DNA of 64,000 nt from Candidatus Binatia bacterium (lineage in GTDB: Bacteria > Desulfobacterota > Binatia > UBA9968 > CAXXLF01): assembly GCA_963664015.2 (NCBI GenBank), contig CAXXLF010000002.1, forward strand, positions 992,001 through 1,056,000. Reading direction: 5' to 3'. A program made the position numbers and the translations under genes. A model generated the notes under the pieces. That model made no database searches. It was given only the letters and a program-made list of their open reading frames with translations, and was not told the DNA's origin. This document shows positions 20,114-30,256 of the stretch, one piece after another (position 1 is the first letter of the stretch; each line of letters opens with the position of its first letter).

Positions 20114-20321
20114 GCCCTATCGTCCGAATTCCTTTTCTCTCAAGAACCATCGCCGGTAAGAACCGGGCACTCCTTTAATCAACCACGACTGCCCTTGTTT
20201 CGTACCCGGGTCTTATCATAGGCCCCCGTTGAGCTCTATGGACGGGTGCAAAAAATCGTGGTAAGCAACTTGAAACTCGTGCAGAGAAGGCAACTCGACC
20301 AATCAGAAGGAGGGAAACCGA

Positions 20322-21455
20322 ATGCCCGTCATCGATGTCGATGGACACATCCACGAACCTGAGGAAATGTTCGCCAATCTTCCAGAGGAGTTCTACCCAA
20401 GAAGGCCCATTCGGGTTCTGTTACCGAGAGATACCGTCAGGGAAGACTTCAATGGCTGCTGGATTATTGAAGGGAAAACTCAACCTAACATGGGAGGCCG
20501 CGGGCGTACCACTTTCCTGGTCCCCGGTGACGAACGTTCAAAGAATAAAAATGTCACCATGGGATCGTTGACTTTATCCGATATCGACGCTCGAGTTGCG
20601 GACCTTGATCGGCTTGGCATTGATATACAAGTAATCTTTCCGACCATGTTCCTCGTCTCCGTTGCGGAGGAAGTGAAGCTAGAGGGAGCAATTTTTCAGG
20701 CCTACAATACCTATCTAGGTGAAGCCTGCGCCAAGTCTAAGGGACGGGTCAAGTGGGTAGCACTGATCCCATTCCGAGATCCAGAGGTTGCAGTGCCGGA
20801 AATCCGACGGGTCAAGGAGCTGGGGGCCACTGGGATTTTCACCATGGGGATGGTATGGGATCAAACGTTGGCGGATCCCGCTTTTTTCCCCATTTATCAG
20901 CAGGCGGCGGAGATGGATTTACCCATATGCGTTCACCTGGGGTGGGCATCTCCACAGGTTACCAACCTTTTTTCTGATGCTCAGTCCTTTTTTGTTTCCG
21001 CAACCATACCCGTTATTTGGGGTTTTACCTACGTCATGGGATACGGTCTGGTAAACCGCTTTAATGGGCTCCGCTTTGGATTTTTCGAGAGCGGTTCTGA
21101 GTGGGTCCCTTTTACAATCAAGCAGCTGCGTCGTCGTGCTAGACCGCTCACCCTTGCACGCCCCTTGGCCAATCGGCCAGGTTTCGGAACCGGGTTCGAT
21201 CAGCAGTACTACCAGGACCCAGAGGAGCTCTTGCGATCGGGGAAGGTTTTTGTAAACTGCGAGGGAGACGAAAACTTCAACTATCTCATTGAAAGCATAG
21301 GTGAAGATTCCCTGATGTGTTCTTCGGACTTCCCCCACGCCGACCCTTCAGCGGAGGAGAATTTTGTCGATCACTGGCGCAAACGGACAGACATTCCTGA
21401 CCATGTAAAGGCGAAAATCATGGGGAAAAACGCCGCAAGGTTTTTCAAAATCTAG
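20322..21455 (+). CDS. Amidohydrolase-2 family metalloprotein
   Basis: IDVDGHIHE N-terminal metal motif, CVHLG, ESG and SSDFPH. Confidence 0.88.
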   Translation: MPVIDVDGHIHEPEEMFANLPEEFYPRRPIRVLLPRDTVREDFNGCWIIEGKTQPNMGGRGRTTFLVPGDERSKNKNVTMGSLTLSDIDARVADLDRLGIDIQVIFPTMFLVSVAEEVKLEGAIFQAYNTYLGEACAKSKGRVKWVALIPFRDPEVAVPEIRRVKELGATGIFTMGMVWDQTLADPAFFPIYQQAAEMDLPICVHLGWASPQVTNLFSDAQSFFVSATIPVIWGFTYVMGYGLVNRFNGLRFGFFESGSEWVPFTIKQLRRRARPLTLARPLANRPGFGTGFDQQYYQDPEELLRSGKVFVNCEGDENFNYLIESIGEDSLMCSSDFPHADPSAEENFVDHWRKRTDIPDHVKAKIMGKNAARFFKI

Positions 21456-21575
21456 CTGTTCCTGACGCCAGTCCTTTTGAGCGATTGCCGGTTGGACAAA
21501 TCGGAGGGTTAATGTTGCTGGGCAGTCCAAGAGCACTATATCCCAACGACCGGCAAGAGCTAGGGGATCATCCCT

Positions 21576-22862
21576 ATGACGAAAGAAGAGAATGAGCTTT
21601 TAACTCAAACCGAGCCTGGTACCCCGTGTGGTGAACTCATGAGGCGGTACTGGCAACCGGTTGCGCTCTCCCGAGAACTGCCTTCCGACAGTTCACCCCT
21701 CAGTGTTAAGATTTTTGGCGAGGAACTCGTTCTGTTCCGGAACAAAGAGGGGCAACCTGGATTGTTGGGGCTTCATTGTTCCCACAGAGGCGCCGATCTC
21801 AGCTATGGACGGGTGGAAGATGGGGGTATCCGGTGCATTTACCACGGTTGGCTCTATGATCTATCGGGGCGCTGCCTCGATCAACCGGGGGAACCTCAAG
21901 GCGGGCCGCAGAAGCAATCCATTCGCCACCCAGCTTATCCATGCCATGAAAAGGCTGGTGCGATCTTTGCTTACCTGGGACCGGGGCAGCCGCCGCTTTT
22001 CACTAACTACGAGTTTCTCGCGGCACCAGATAACCATACCTACGTGGAAAAGCGTTACCAATCGTGTAATTACCTCCAGGCTAACGAAGGCAATTTCGAC
22101 CTCGCCCACCTTGGCTTCCTGCACTACAATTTTAAAAATGGTGGCATCGGCGGCGTAGGGTACAAAGGCCTGCCATCCACTGATATATCCGGACGGGGTG
22201 CAGCCCCAGAGGTTGAACATATCGAAGCCGAACTTAAGCGTTTCGGCGTTCGCTGCTACAAGATTCGCCCGGAGGTTGAGCCGGGCAAGTATTATTTTCT
22301 TGTGCACGATTTTGTTCTACCCAATCTGACATGTTTTCCTGGATATTCGTGGGGGGGAGACGGATACATGTGTAACTGGCATGTACCCATAGATAACACG
22401 GCCCATTGGAAGTACACATTCCTCCTCTCGCGCAACAGACCGGTTGACCCTGAACTCCTCCAGCGACGGGCCGATCAGCTAACGGTAGATTACAAGCCGG
22501 TGCGGAACAAAGAAAACCGATATCTTCAGGATCGAACTCTCATGGATAAAACCAGCTATAGCGGTATCTGGAGCCCCGATGGGGGGGTGGTCTTTCAGAC
22601 GGAGGATTTGGTGGTCGTTGAGGGGCAAGGGACAGTTCAAGACAGGACTCAGGAGCACCTGATGCCCTCGGATATCGTGCTCGTGTTAGCGAGGAAAGCC
22701 ATGGTCAAGGCCATAAGGGACCTGCAAGAAGGCCGGGAGCCAGACAATGTAGTTCGCGATGCAAAGTTCAATGGTTTTCACGTCGGCGGCATGCAGGACC
22801 TCTTTGCTAACTCGGTGAACTGGAAGGAATGCGCAAAACGGTTGGATGCTGATCGGGTGTAG
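21576..22862 (+). CDS. Rieske non-heme iron oxygenase alpha subunit (phthalate 4,5-dioxygenase-like)
   Basis: GTPCGELMRRYWQP, Rieske ligands CSH...CIYH, mononuclear Fe motif NEGNFDLAHLGFLH, and EHL..SD. Confidence 0.9.
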   Translation: MTKEENELLTQTEPGTPCGELMRRYWQPVALSRELPSDSSPLSVKIFGEELVLFRNKEGQPGLLGLHCSHRGADLSYGRVEDGGIRCIYHGWLYDLSGRCLDQPGEPQGGPQKQSIRHPAYPCHEKAGAIFAYLGPGQPPLFTNYEFLAAPDNHTYVEKRYQSCNYLQANEGNFDLAHLGFLHYNFKNGGIGGVGYKGLPSTDISGRGAAPEVEHIEAELKRFGVRCYKIRPEVEPGKYYFLVHDFVLPNLTCFPGYSWGGDGYMCNWHVPIDNTAHWKYTFLLSRNRPVDPELLQRRADQLTVDYKPVRNKENRYLQDRTLMDKTSYSGIWSPDGGVVFQTEDLVVVEGQGTVQDRTQEHLMPSDIVLVLARKAMVKAIRDLQEGREPDNVVRDAKFNGFHVGGMQDLFANSVNWKECAKRLDADRV

Positions 22863-23009
22863 GCAACCAATCTATCTTAATGGGGATCGTCTACGATTGG
22901 CTCCGATAGGAATGCGATCTGGGGAATGTCGGCTCATATAATTCAATAACTTTTCAGAAGGATACTTAGGGTTACTCCAAATGAAGCTTTTTTTAAAAAA
23001 GAGTCTTTA

Positions 23010-25193
23010 TTGACCTATGTGGCACTCTTACTAGGATGTTGCTCTGCTCTATTGGCTGGATGTGGCGGTGGCGGTGGCGGTGGCGGTGGTAGCACAACTA
23101 CCCTTTGCGGTGCCTACGGCACCGAGTATGCAGGGCAAGCTGGGCTGGCATCAATCGGTGCGGCTAGCATAAACAACGCCGGGTATACCGGGTCCGGAAT
23201 AAAAGTAGCGGTAGTCGATACCGGAATTGATTCAGCACACGCGGAATTTAGTGGGAAAACAATTTCCGGAACGAATTTTGGTGCTGAATCAGATGGCTAT
23301 GGGAAAGACGCCGATGGTCACGGTACTCATGTCGCATCAATTATAGCAGGCACACGTGACGGCGCAGGAATGCGTGGGGTCGCTTATGATTCAACCCTCT
23401 ATGATTATAAAATAGGTGGTAATGAAAAAGAAGAACTCCCGGGCGCAGGAACAGATACTCTGGACGCTGCGGTATATAATCAGCATGTAACTGACAACAT
23501 TCAGGTTTCTAATAATAGTTGGGGCTATTCCACCTTAGCTAATGGTTACACCGAATCAAAACTTCGTGATTTGAGGCCCGAAACCATTGCGGCAATGCGA
23601 GCTGCTCAGCAAAATGGAACCGTGTTTGTTTTCGCAGCGGGTAATGACAATGAAGATCAGGTCATTCTACTTGGTGGATTTCCTTATACAATAACTGAAT
23701 TAGCCAATGAATGGCTAACCGTCGTTGCCGTCGGGCCGGACCTTAAAAAACCTTTATACTCCAACAAGTGCGGAGTGGCCAAAGACTTCTGCGTAACCGC
23801 CCCGGGCGGCGGAAATGATGAATCGGCAGATGGAATTTATGCTGCTCAGGCCGACGACACAGCCAACGACACATATGTTAGGTATAGTGGCACCTCAATG
23901 GCGGCGCCACATGTCACGGGCCTCGTAGCAACTGTCATGCAAAGGTTTCCGAGCCTAACGGCCGCACAGATTGTCACTCGTGTAAAAGATACAGCCTCAT
24001 ATGATAGCTTAACCGGTTATTTTGGATGCACCACTTCGAGTTGTACCACCGCCAAAATGGAGGCGATATTCGGACACGGCTTGGTCAACGCTGCTGCGGC
24101 AACAAGTGCAATTAGTTCATTAACCTATTCAACTGACGGAAAGGTTTATTCAACTGGATCGGTCGACCTCTCGCAGAGAAAATTGTCAGTGCCCTACGGG
24201 TTGTCGTCAACAGCTATTAAAGTCCTAGCCAACAAACAATTCGCAGTTTTTGACGCGTTTGACGGGGCTACGTTTCATATTTCTGGTTCAGAAATTTTTG
24301 ATCTGAAGAAAAGCCAATCTTCACCAGCCCTGGGTTATTCCTCTCCCAATAACACCGAGAATACTGCGACTGGCGTTCTTTCCTTCAGTTCTACTAAAGA
24401 CGTATCCAGTGTCGGAACTCCTATTCATTTCAGCCGGTCTTCTGACCCCGTGGCACTCTCTAGCGGACATGCATGGGGGGAGAAAATGGGGTTTATGCCT
24501 TCCCCCAGTTTCATTGCCAAAAGCGAACGTAACCAATTGGAAGTAACGGCCTTTGAAGGTGAGGGATTTTCAATCCGACCATTTTTCCAGTTCGGCAATA
24601 ACTCAAGTGATCCATCCGGCGGTGTAGGGATAAATCTATCTTTCAATCCAATAAAGGGCTTGGCCCTCCATTCAGGTTTATCTCAAACAACCGCTGATGT
24701 GCAACTTGGCATGTTGGGTGGAAGCCTGCCAACTGCCGGCGACATACGTACCCTGGAAGTAGGGTTTGAACAAAAATTATCTGATCAGGTTAATGTATTC
24801 GGACGCTCCTCTTTTAACCAAATTAGTGATAGACAGCCCGGCATAACTCAATTTGGTTTGAAAGACGGCTCGTATGCTCAGCTAACGCTGGGGGCGGAGT
24901 ACAAGAGAGCCGCAACTAAAGTAACTTTTGGCGTATATGATCCGGGTCATTTGTACCAAGGAAATTATCCCCTTATGATCCCCACTGCCCGTAACAGGCA
25001 GGGGGAGATCAGTTATTCGAAACAAGATTTTTCTGCAAAGTCAGAATTTAGTTTGGGAGCATTCGTCGCAATTCGGCACCACCTAAGTTTAAGCGGTAAA
25101 AAATATGGAACTATCAACTTTAATATTCAACAATCCGCTTACAATTCATCAGAATTAGGTAACGTATCATTCGCTTATCAATTGCCATTTTAA
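23010..25193 (+). CDS. S8 subtilase lipoprotein with C-terminal beta-rich domain; true start probably ATG 22981, out of frame by one base
   Basis: Lipobox LAGC plus poly-Gly linker; catalytic VVDTG, HGTHVA and GTSMAAPHV; oxyanion FAAGND; ends in Phe; visibly more AT-rich than the flanks. Confidence 0.88.
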   Translation: MTYVALLLGCCSALLAGCGGGGGGGGGSTTTLCGAYGTEYAGQAGLASIGAASINNAGYTGSGIKVAVVDTGIDSAHAEFSGKTISGTNFGAESDGYGKDADGHGTHVASIIAGTRDGAGMRGVAYDSTLYDYKIGGNEKEELPGAGTDTLDAAVYNQHVTDNIQVSNNSWGYSTLANGYTESKLRDLRPETIAAMRAAQQNGTVFVFAAGNDNEDQVILLGGFPYTITELANEWLTVVAVGPDLKKPLYSNKCGVAKDFCVTAPGGGNDESADGIYAAQADDTANDTYVRYSGTSMAAPHVTGLVATVMQRFPSLTAAQIVTRVKDTASYDSLTGYFGCTTSSCTTAKMEAIFGHGLVNAAAATSAISSLTYSTDGKVYSTGSVDLSQRKLSVPYGLSSTAIKVLANKQFAVFDAFDGATFHISGSEIFDLKKSQSSPALGYSSPNNTENTATGVLSFSSTKDVSSVGTPIHFSRSSDPVALSSGHAWGEKMGFMPSPSFIAKSERNQLEVTAFEGEGFSIRPFFQFGNNSSDPSGGVGINLSFNPIKGLALHSGLSQTTADVQLGMLGGSLPTAGDIRTLEVGFEQKLSDQVNVFGRSSFNQISDRQPGITQFGLKDGSYAQLTLGAEYKRAATKVTFGVYDPGHLYQGNYPLMIPTARNRQGEISYSKQDFSAKSEFSLGAFVAIRHHLSLSGKKYGTINFNIQQSAYNSSELGNVSFAYQLPF

Positions 25194-25246
25194 TCTTCCT
25201 AGCGTTCCCTGGCTGCGCGCGGGTAGCCGGAATCAATGCGTCATGC

Positions 25247-25594
25247 ATGCCCATTTATGAATTTTATGGTCGTTTTAACGGTCAAGTTTCAAAAAAAATC
25301 CTTTTGACCGGGGACGAAGTAAAAAAAATCATAACACTTCGGAATAACAACCGGCCTAGGGAGGTGAAGCGACTTCTTTCATACCCCTCAGCAACTAAAC
25401 TTATACTAATCCTAGGGCCGTATAGCGGCAGTACCGCCACGGCACTTAATGTTGAACAAACTGCCAACCAAAAACAATTGATTTTGACTAGAAAATTTAT
25501 GACCAGAGAGATAGGTCTTTTTGTGATGAACCAACCATTTTGGTTGGCCAGGGTGCCGGAGAAATGTGAAGTTATCATGAAAAACAACTCGTAA
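25247..25594 (+). CDS. Hypothetical protein, weak resemblance to the PrcB C-terminal domain
   Basis: LILGPYSGSTATALNV...VMNQPFWLARVP recalls the PrcB_C pattern (judged by eye only). Confidence 0.4.
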   Translation: MPIYEFYGRFNGQVSKKILLTGDEVKKIITLRNNNRPREVKRLLSYPSATKLILILGPYSGSTATALNVEQTANQKQLILTRKFMTREIGLFVMNQPFWLARVPEKCEVIMKNNS

Positions 25595-25690
25595 CCGGAA
25601 GGTCTCAGGTTGAAATTTTTTCAACCTATCCAAACATCTCATTAAATCCATCGCTTATGAAAAACCTTTGATAAGCCTATGCTTGCCCTA

Positions 25691-26066
25691 GACCATTTTC
25701 GAGATTGATTGATTCAAGTTTTGCGTTAGGGGATTCCCTTTTGTTTGCGACCCTGATTCACTCCCTGCTCTGGCTGGTGAGGGGGATCACATGGCGAGGG
25801 TCTATTCACAGGATTTGCGTGAGCGTTTGATAGGAGCTGTGAAGGCTTGGCATTCCGCCAGCGCGGCGAGCCGCGTCTTCGGGGTCAGCCGATCGATTGC
25901 GATCAAATGGATGCAATCCTGGCGTCGTACTGGCGACGTTCCTCGGGCGACGCCGCGCAAGCGTTATCGCTGGCGGTTGGATGTTCATGAGGCCTGGTTG
26001 TTGTCGCTTGTGGCGCAAGAGCCGGACCTGACGCTGGAGGAGATCCGGGATAACATCTATGTTTGA
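25691..26066 (+). mobile_element. IS630-family remnant: left end plus truncated transposase HTH
   Basis: TA then GACCATTTTCGAGATTG end; ORF 25791-26066 MARVYSQDLRERLI..AASRVFGVS..AIKW..PDLTLEE; no DDE domain follows. Confidence 0.82.
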
Positions 26067-26155
26067 GGCGTATCCATACAATCCATCTCCTCCCCGTCGT
26101 CACCAACGCACAGGCAATCGGAGACATGGGTAAAATCACCGTCGGGTAGTCACCT

Positions 26156-26746
26156 TTATGCAGCTCGTAGAACTTTGTAGATGGTTTGCGTACCCACAGA
26201 ACATTCCGACGCAATCTTGCGTATGGTTACTCCACCCGATTTCATATCGAGGATTTTCTGTTGTGTGGAAAGGGTTAGGTTGGTTTTGCGACCAAGTATT
26301 TTACCTTTTGCCTTCGCATTTGCTAATCCACTCATAACGCGCTCCCTAATTATAGAACGCTCAAATTCAGCAAATGCGGAAATCATGGAAAACATCAATT
26401 TTCCACTTGGTGGCGTGGTGTCGATAGATTGCTTCAGCATAAACAATTCGATCGACTTTGACTGCAAATCATTAAGGATTTAAATAAGTTGCTGTAAGGA
26501 ACGACCCAGGCGGTCTATGCTGGAAACCATGACGACATCAAATTTCTTTTTGACACTATCTTTCATCATTCTGTCGAGGTCAGGTCTGCCGTCTCTATTC
26601 TTTGCTCCACTTATTCCCAAGTCGATGTAGGTTTCGACAATTTCCCAATTATTCCTCACGGCTACTACCGTGAGTTCCCTTACCTGTCGTTCCACAGATT
26701 GTGATGATTTCGAGATCCGGCAATACAAGTTTAATTGCTTAATCAC
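26156..26746 (-). pseudogene. Small serine recombinase (resolvase/invertase) with premature stop
   Basis: YCRIS..Q...Q, DRLGRS, AEFER..I.ER..SGL..A...G...GR and a C-terminal HTH; both ORF pieces share a frame, separated by TAA at 26480-26482. Confidence 0.87.
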
Positions 26747-26887
26747 TCAATCGCACCGGATCGGGTAAACAGATGATTCCCCAGCGCACCCAAGAAATCA
26801 AAAAAGGCAAAGGCGCCTGACCCCCTTTTCCCAGCTTGAGCCGGGCAGGAGAATTCCCCAACCCGGCCCAACTCTAGAATTATTCAA

Positions 26888-27985
26888 TTAACGCCCGTAC
26901 ACCTCTGTCAGCAACGGCATTAGCACTTTCTTTTTGGCCAACTGATCCTCCGTAAAGGTTCCAATGTAATCCGCTGGAGGAATTCGCCACTCCCGTACAT
27001 GGTCCGTGGATACATCCAACCTTTGACTGACATAATTCATATTCTTGGAATAAGCCGTCTGGGCTTTCTTGGAAAGTAACCAATTGATAAACACCTTGGC
27101 AGCGTTGGGGTGAGGGGCCCGATTCATTAGTGCAACGGCACCATTGCTGGTTCCTGCATCAGACCCTTCTTTGACTGTCCTCGGATCCACGATATTGATT
27201 GGTACTCCTTGACTGATCTTGTACTCGGCGGTGGCATCGGAGCTGCCGATAAGTATGGGATAGCGACCGCGGGCCAAACCGTTGAGTTCCTGCTGATAGT
27301 CTCTCAAGATGGTAACTTTCTGTTTTCCGAAGGCCCGTATGAATTCAGGACCAAGGTCCGGGTGCAGGTAGAAAAAGAGAAAAGATGCCTGTCCCGGTCC
27401 CGACTTGCGGGGATCGTCTATGACAATCTTCCCGCTCCACTTGGGGTCGAGAAGATCCTTGTGGGAGCGGATTTCGCCCGTCTTGACCATCTTGGGGTTG
27501 GTCATAATGATGCTTCTCCGGGTCAAGGAAAATCCCATCTGGAGACGGCCAGCACGATCGGCAAACAAATGGCGCCCGCCCCGCCAGTTCTTGGGATCCT
27601 TGACCGCGGGCAGGATGAAGGTCGGAGCCAATGGATCGAGGGCCCCGGCGGGGGCCAAAGCCGTCAACCCCGTGGTGGTGCCACCAACGTAAACATCCCA
27701 AAGGTAATGCTTAGCCCGCCGTTCGGACAGAACTCTGGGCGATATCGTTCTTCCCGATCCCCCCAGATAATCCACCTTGATACCGAACGCCTTTTCAAAC
27801 TCCAGGATAACATCACGTGCCTGAACCTGTCTGGGGCCAAGGACAGCTACCCGACCCTCTTTCTTCGCAGCCGCAAGGGTTTTCTCCCACTCCTGCTGCC
27901 AGCCCTGCTGGGCCGAGGCTGTGGGCGCCAGAATCCACAGAAACAGGCCTAAAAGGGTAAAAAAGAACACTTTCATGAATCTCAT
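26888..27985 (-). CDS. ABC transporter extracellular solute-binding protein (Fe3+/thiamine-like class), orphan
   Basis: Signal peptide, WEKTLAAAKKEG, DLLDPKWSGKI and APHPNAAKVFINWLLS. Confidence 0.85.
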   Translation of the reverse strand: MRFMKVFFFTLLGLFLWILAPTASAQQGWQQEWEKTLAAAKKEGRVAVLGPRQVQARDVILEFEKAFGIKVDYLGGSGRTISPRVLSERRAKHYLWDVYVGGTTTGLTALAPAGALDPLAPTFILPAVKDPKNWRGGRHLFADRAGRLQMGFSLTRRSIIMTNPKMVKTGEIRSHKDLLDPKWSGKIVIDDPRKSGPGQASFLFFYLHPDLGPEFIRAFGKQKVTILRDYQQELNGLARGRYPILIGSSDATAEYKISQGVPINIVDPRTVKEGSDAGTSNGAVALMNRAPHPNAAKVFINWLLSKKAQTAYSKNMNYVSQRLDVSTDHVREWRIPPADYIGTFTEDQLAKKKVLMPLLTEVYGR

Positions 27986-28073
27986 ATCCTCACCTTTCTT
28001 AACTTTGTGGGTCGCCTACCCACGCGAGCCGAATTCGGCCCAAGTCCACTCTGAAATTTCATCGAATACGCGC

Positions 28074-28104
28074 ATTATAAAACACATCTCCAATGCCATG
28101 TCAA
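28074..28104 (-). promoter_or_regulatory. Promoter with perfect hexamers and a 19-bp spacer
   Basis: Minus strand: TTGACA (28104-28099), 19 nt, TATAAT (28079-28074). Confidence 0.5.
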
Positions 28105-28264
28105 TTCTTTCACCGACGGTTAAAGACAGGTAAATTTCAAGACAATCACGGCGTGAACGGGAACCTGTGGATTAGAACCTGATTCAATCGGGCCTGGGCC
28201 GTCACGAATGCACAACCAGCACAACCCCTAGCAGAGCGTGAAAGACTAATGGTGAAGCATCAAC

Positions 28265-30104
28265 TCAAATACGATCATTAGTTTTTAATGGGGCCCCCTT
28301 CCGGCGTCCGCTTCCCCAAAACCTCGATGTTGCCTTGCGCGTCAAATCGAATTCGGGTCATCGCCGTATTCTTCCGGTAGTCTTTCTCAGCGAAAACCGT
28401 GCTCGCCACAACGACGACTCAATATTCTCCAGGAGCAACTCCCGCCAGCGATATGGATTGACCGAACAAGTTTGCAGCATAGGTATCGCTCAACCCGACC
28501 GAGATCCCTTGAACATGGCTGTCGCAGCCGTACCACTGCTCGCCCCCATCGTCGCTGAGTTGACGCTGCTCCCTCAAACACCAAGAGACCTTGGTTGTCT
28601 GGCTCACAATTGGACCGACGCTTTGACTGGGACCCACCGTCCGAAGCTGGTAGTGGGTCACTGCCGCCAGATGATAGTGATCGTGGTCATGGTGACCATG
28701 AAAAAAGAATTCGCCCACAGGATTCTGGCGAACAATCGCTGCCCCGTGATAAAGCATCTGAATTGCATTCTTATGACCCGTATTGGGGTCGGGCTGGGTC
28801 TCAATCTCCATCCGGCCGTCTCCCAGGTTCGCAAGGGTGACCTCGAGCGTCAGCTCACGGACCTCGCCCTCCTTTTTGATCTTGAAAAGGGTGGGTGGAA
28901 ACGCGACCAGGTCCGGAAGGTTTATGGATTCGCGGGAAAAACCGCTGGCCGCCAGTGAAACAATGTGATTTTCGGTGGCGAGCCACTTGGAGCCGGTTGT
29001 CTTGTCCACCGTAACGGCCTGCCACATTCCACCTACTCCCGGTAAAGCCGCCACAGTCCATTGGCCGAACCTCTGAGAATCCCGAGGGCATCTCCCACAG
29101 GGCACCCGAGTCCTCCTCTATTGCCATACCTTTGGTCACCAGCGACTTCCTGCGATCCGTGTAAATTCGATCCACCCCCCCCTCGTGGCCATTGCCCAAC
29201 CCCTTGGTCTTACTAGCGAGCCAGATCCTGCGCCGCACCAACACATCAGGGAGTAGTTGCTCGACCGATTCCCCTTGCATAGTTCCCGCACCGCCCATCG
29301 GATCCCAGCGATATCCGTCGAAACGATAAACCCCCTGATTCTTGGTGCCTACCCAGACGTCACCGTCCCTGGCCGCTAAAACGGTTGCAGGTAACGGATA
29401 CAGATGGGTGTTCCAGGAATGCCCGTCCCGCGAGGCCACGCCCGCTGGGGTTACCATCCAGAGCAGGGATTTTATCGAATCCACCGCCAGGACCCGAACA
29501 TCATCACTGGGCAATCCGTTGTGGACCGTATAGAATTTCCAGGCGGTTCCGTCATAACGACCGACCCCGGCTGCGGTCCCGATCCAGACCTCTCCCCCAT
29601 GAAGATTCACGTCCCGCACCTCATCGGTGGGAAGGTCCCCGGTCGATTGGGAAAAGCGTTTTGCCATACCCCATCATCCACTCTGAATACGCCTTCTCCG
29701 GGAACGGCCAACCATGTCACTTTGCGCAGCCCGTCACGAGCCATGGCTCTTACCACCGCTTTATGAGGCGCCGGTATCGCTTTTCAGGAAATGACCTGGA
29801 CGTCAACTGTGTCCTTGACGGTCTTCTCGTTGACTGTCAACTCGGCCACCACATGATGCCATCCGATGGAAAGGTTTGCCGTCGCAAAGGATTCACCGGT
29901 CGCCACCGTGGAGCCGTCGACAATCCACTGAACCTGGCTTCTTCGGGCCTCTTCGGTCCGTGCTTGAAACAGGATTCGCTCCCCGGCAACGAACTCGTCA
30001 CCGCTGCGTGTCCCAATAATTTCCAGCTTAACGCAACTGCTTGCCAGCATCAGGATGGCAGGAATAAGGATTCCAATGATTCGGTTGGTTGACTTGGTAC
30101 GCAT
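28265..30104 (-). pseudogene. Secreted Ig/PKD-like + beta-propeller + lysyl-oxidase-domain protein, disrupted
   Basis: Signal peptide ending in SSC; propeller repeats (LPTDEVR..WIGT..GV, LPSDDVR..WMVT); LOX motifs HGHHDHDHYH, KVSWCL and QGISVGLSDTY. In-frame TGA at 29784-29786 and 28419-28421; frameshifts near 29660 and 29070. Confidence 0.75.
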
Positions 30105-30256
30105 AGACACGAGCCAAGGCACAGTATGCAAGAATCTAGCATCGTAATTTCTACTCTACAACCTGGAACCGAGTGGGCCAATAAACAGCATCAATAGGGA
30201 GAGGTTGTCCGTTTCGCGAGCGGGCGACAAACCAGGAGACGACTGACACGAAAGTT

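Noticed and set aside
23063-23090. (GGCGGT)n tandem repeat
   Set aside because: It encodes the poly-Gly linker after the lipoprotein Cys, a common feature.
28400-28421. Selenocysteine readthrough of TGA in the lysyl-oxidase gene
   Set aside because: The PGEY* context fits Trp or another hydrophobic residue, no convincing SECIS hairpin follows, and the gene has other lesions.
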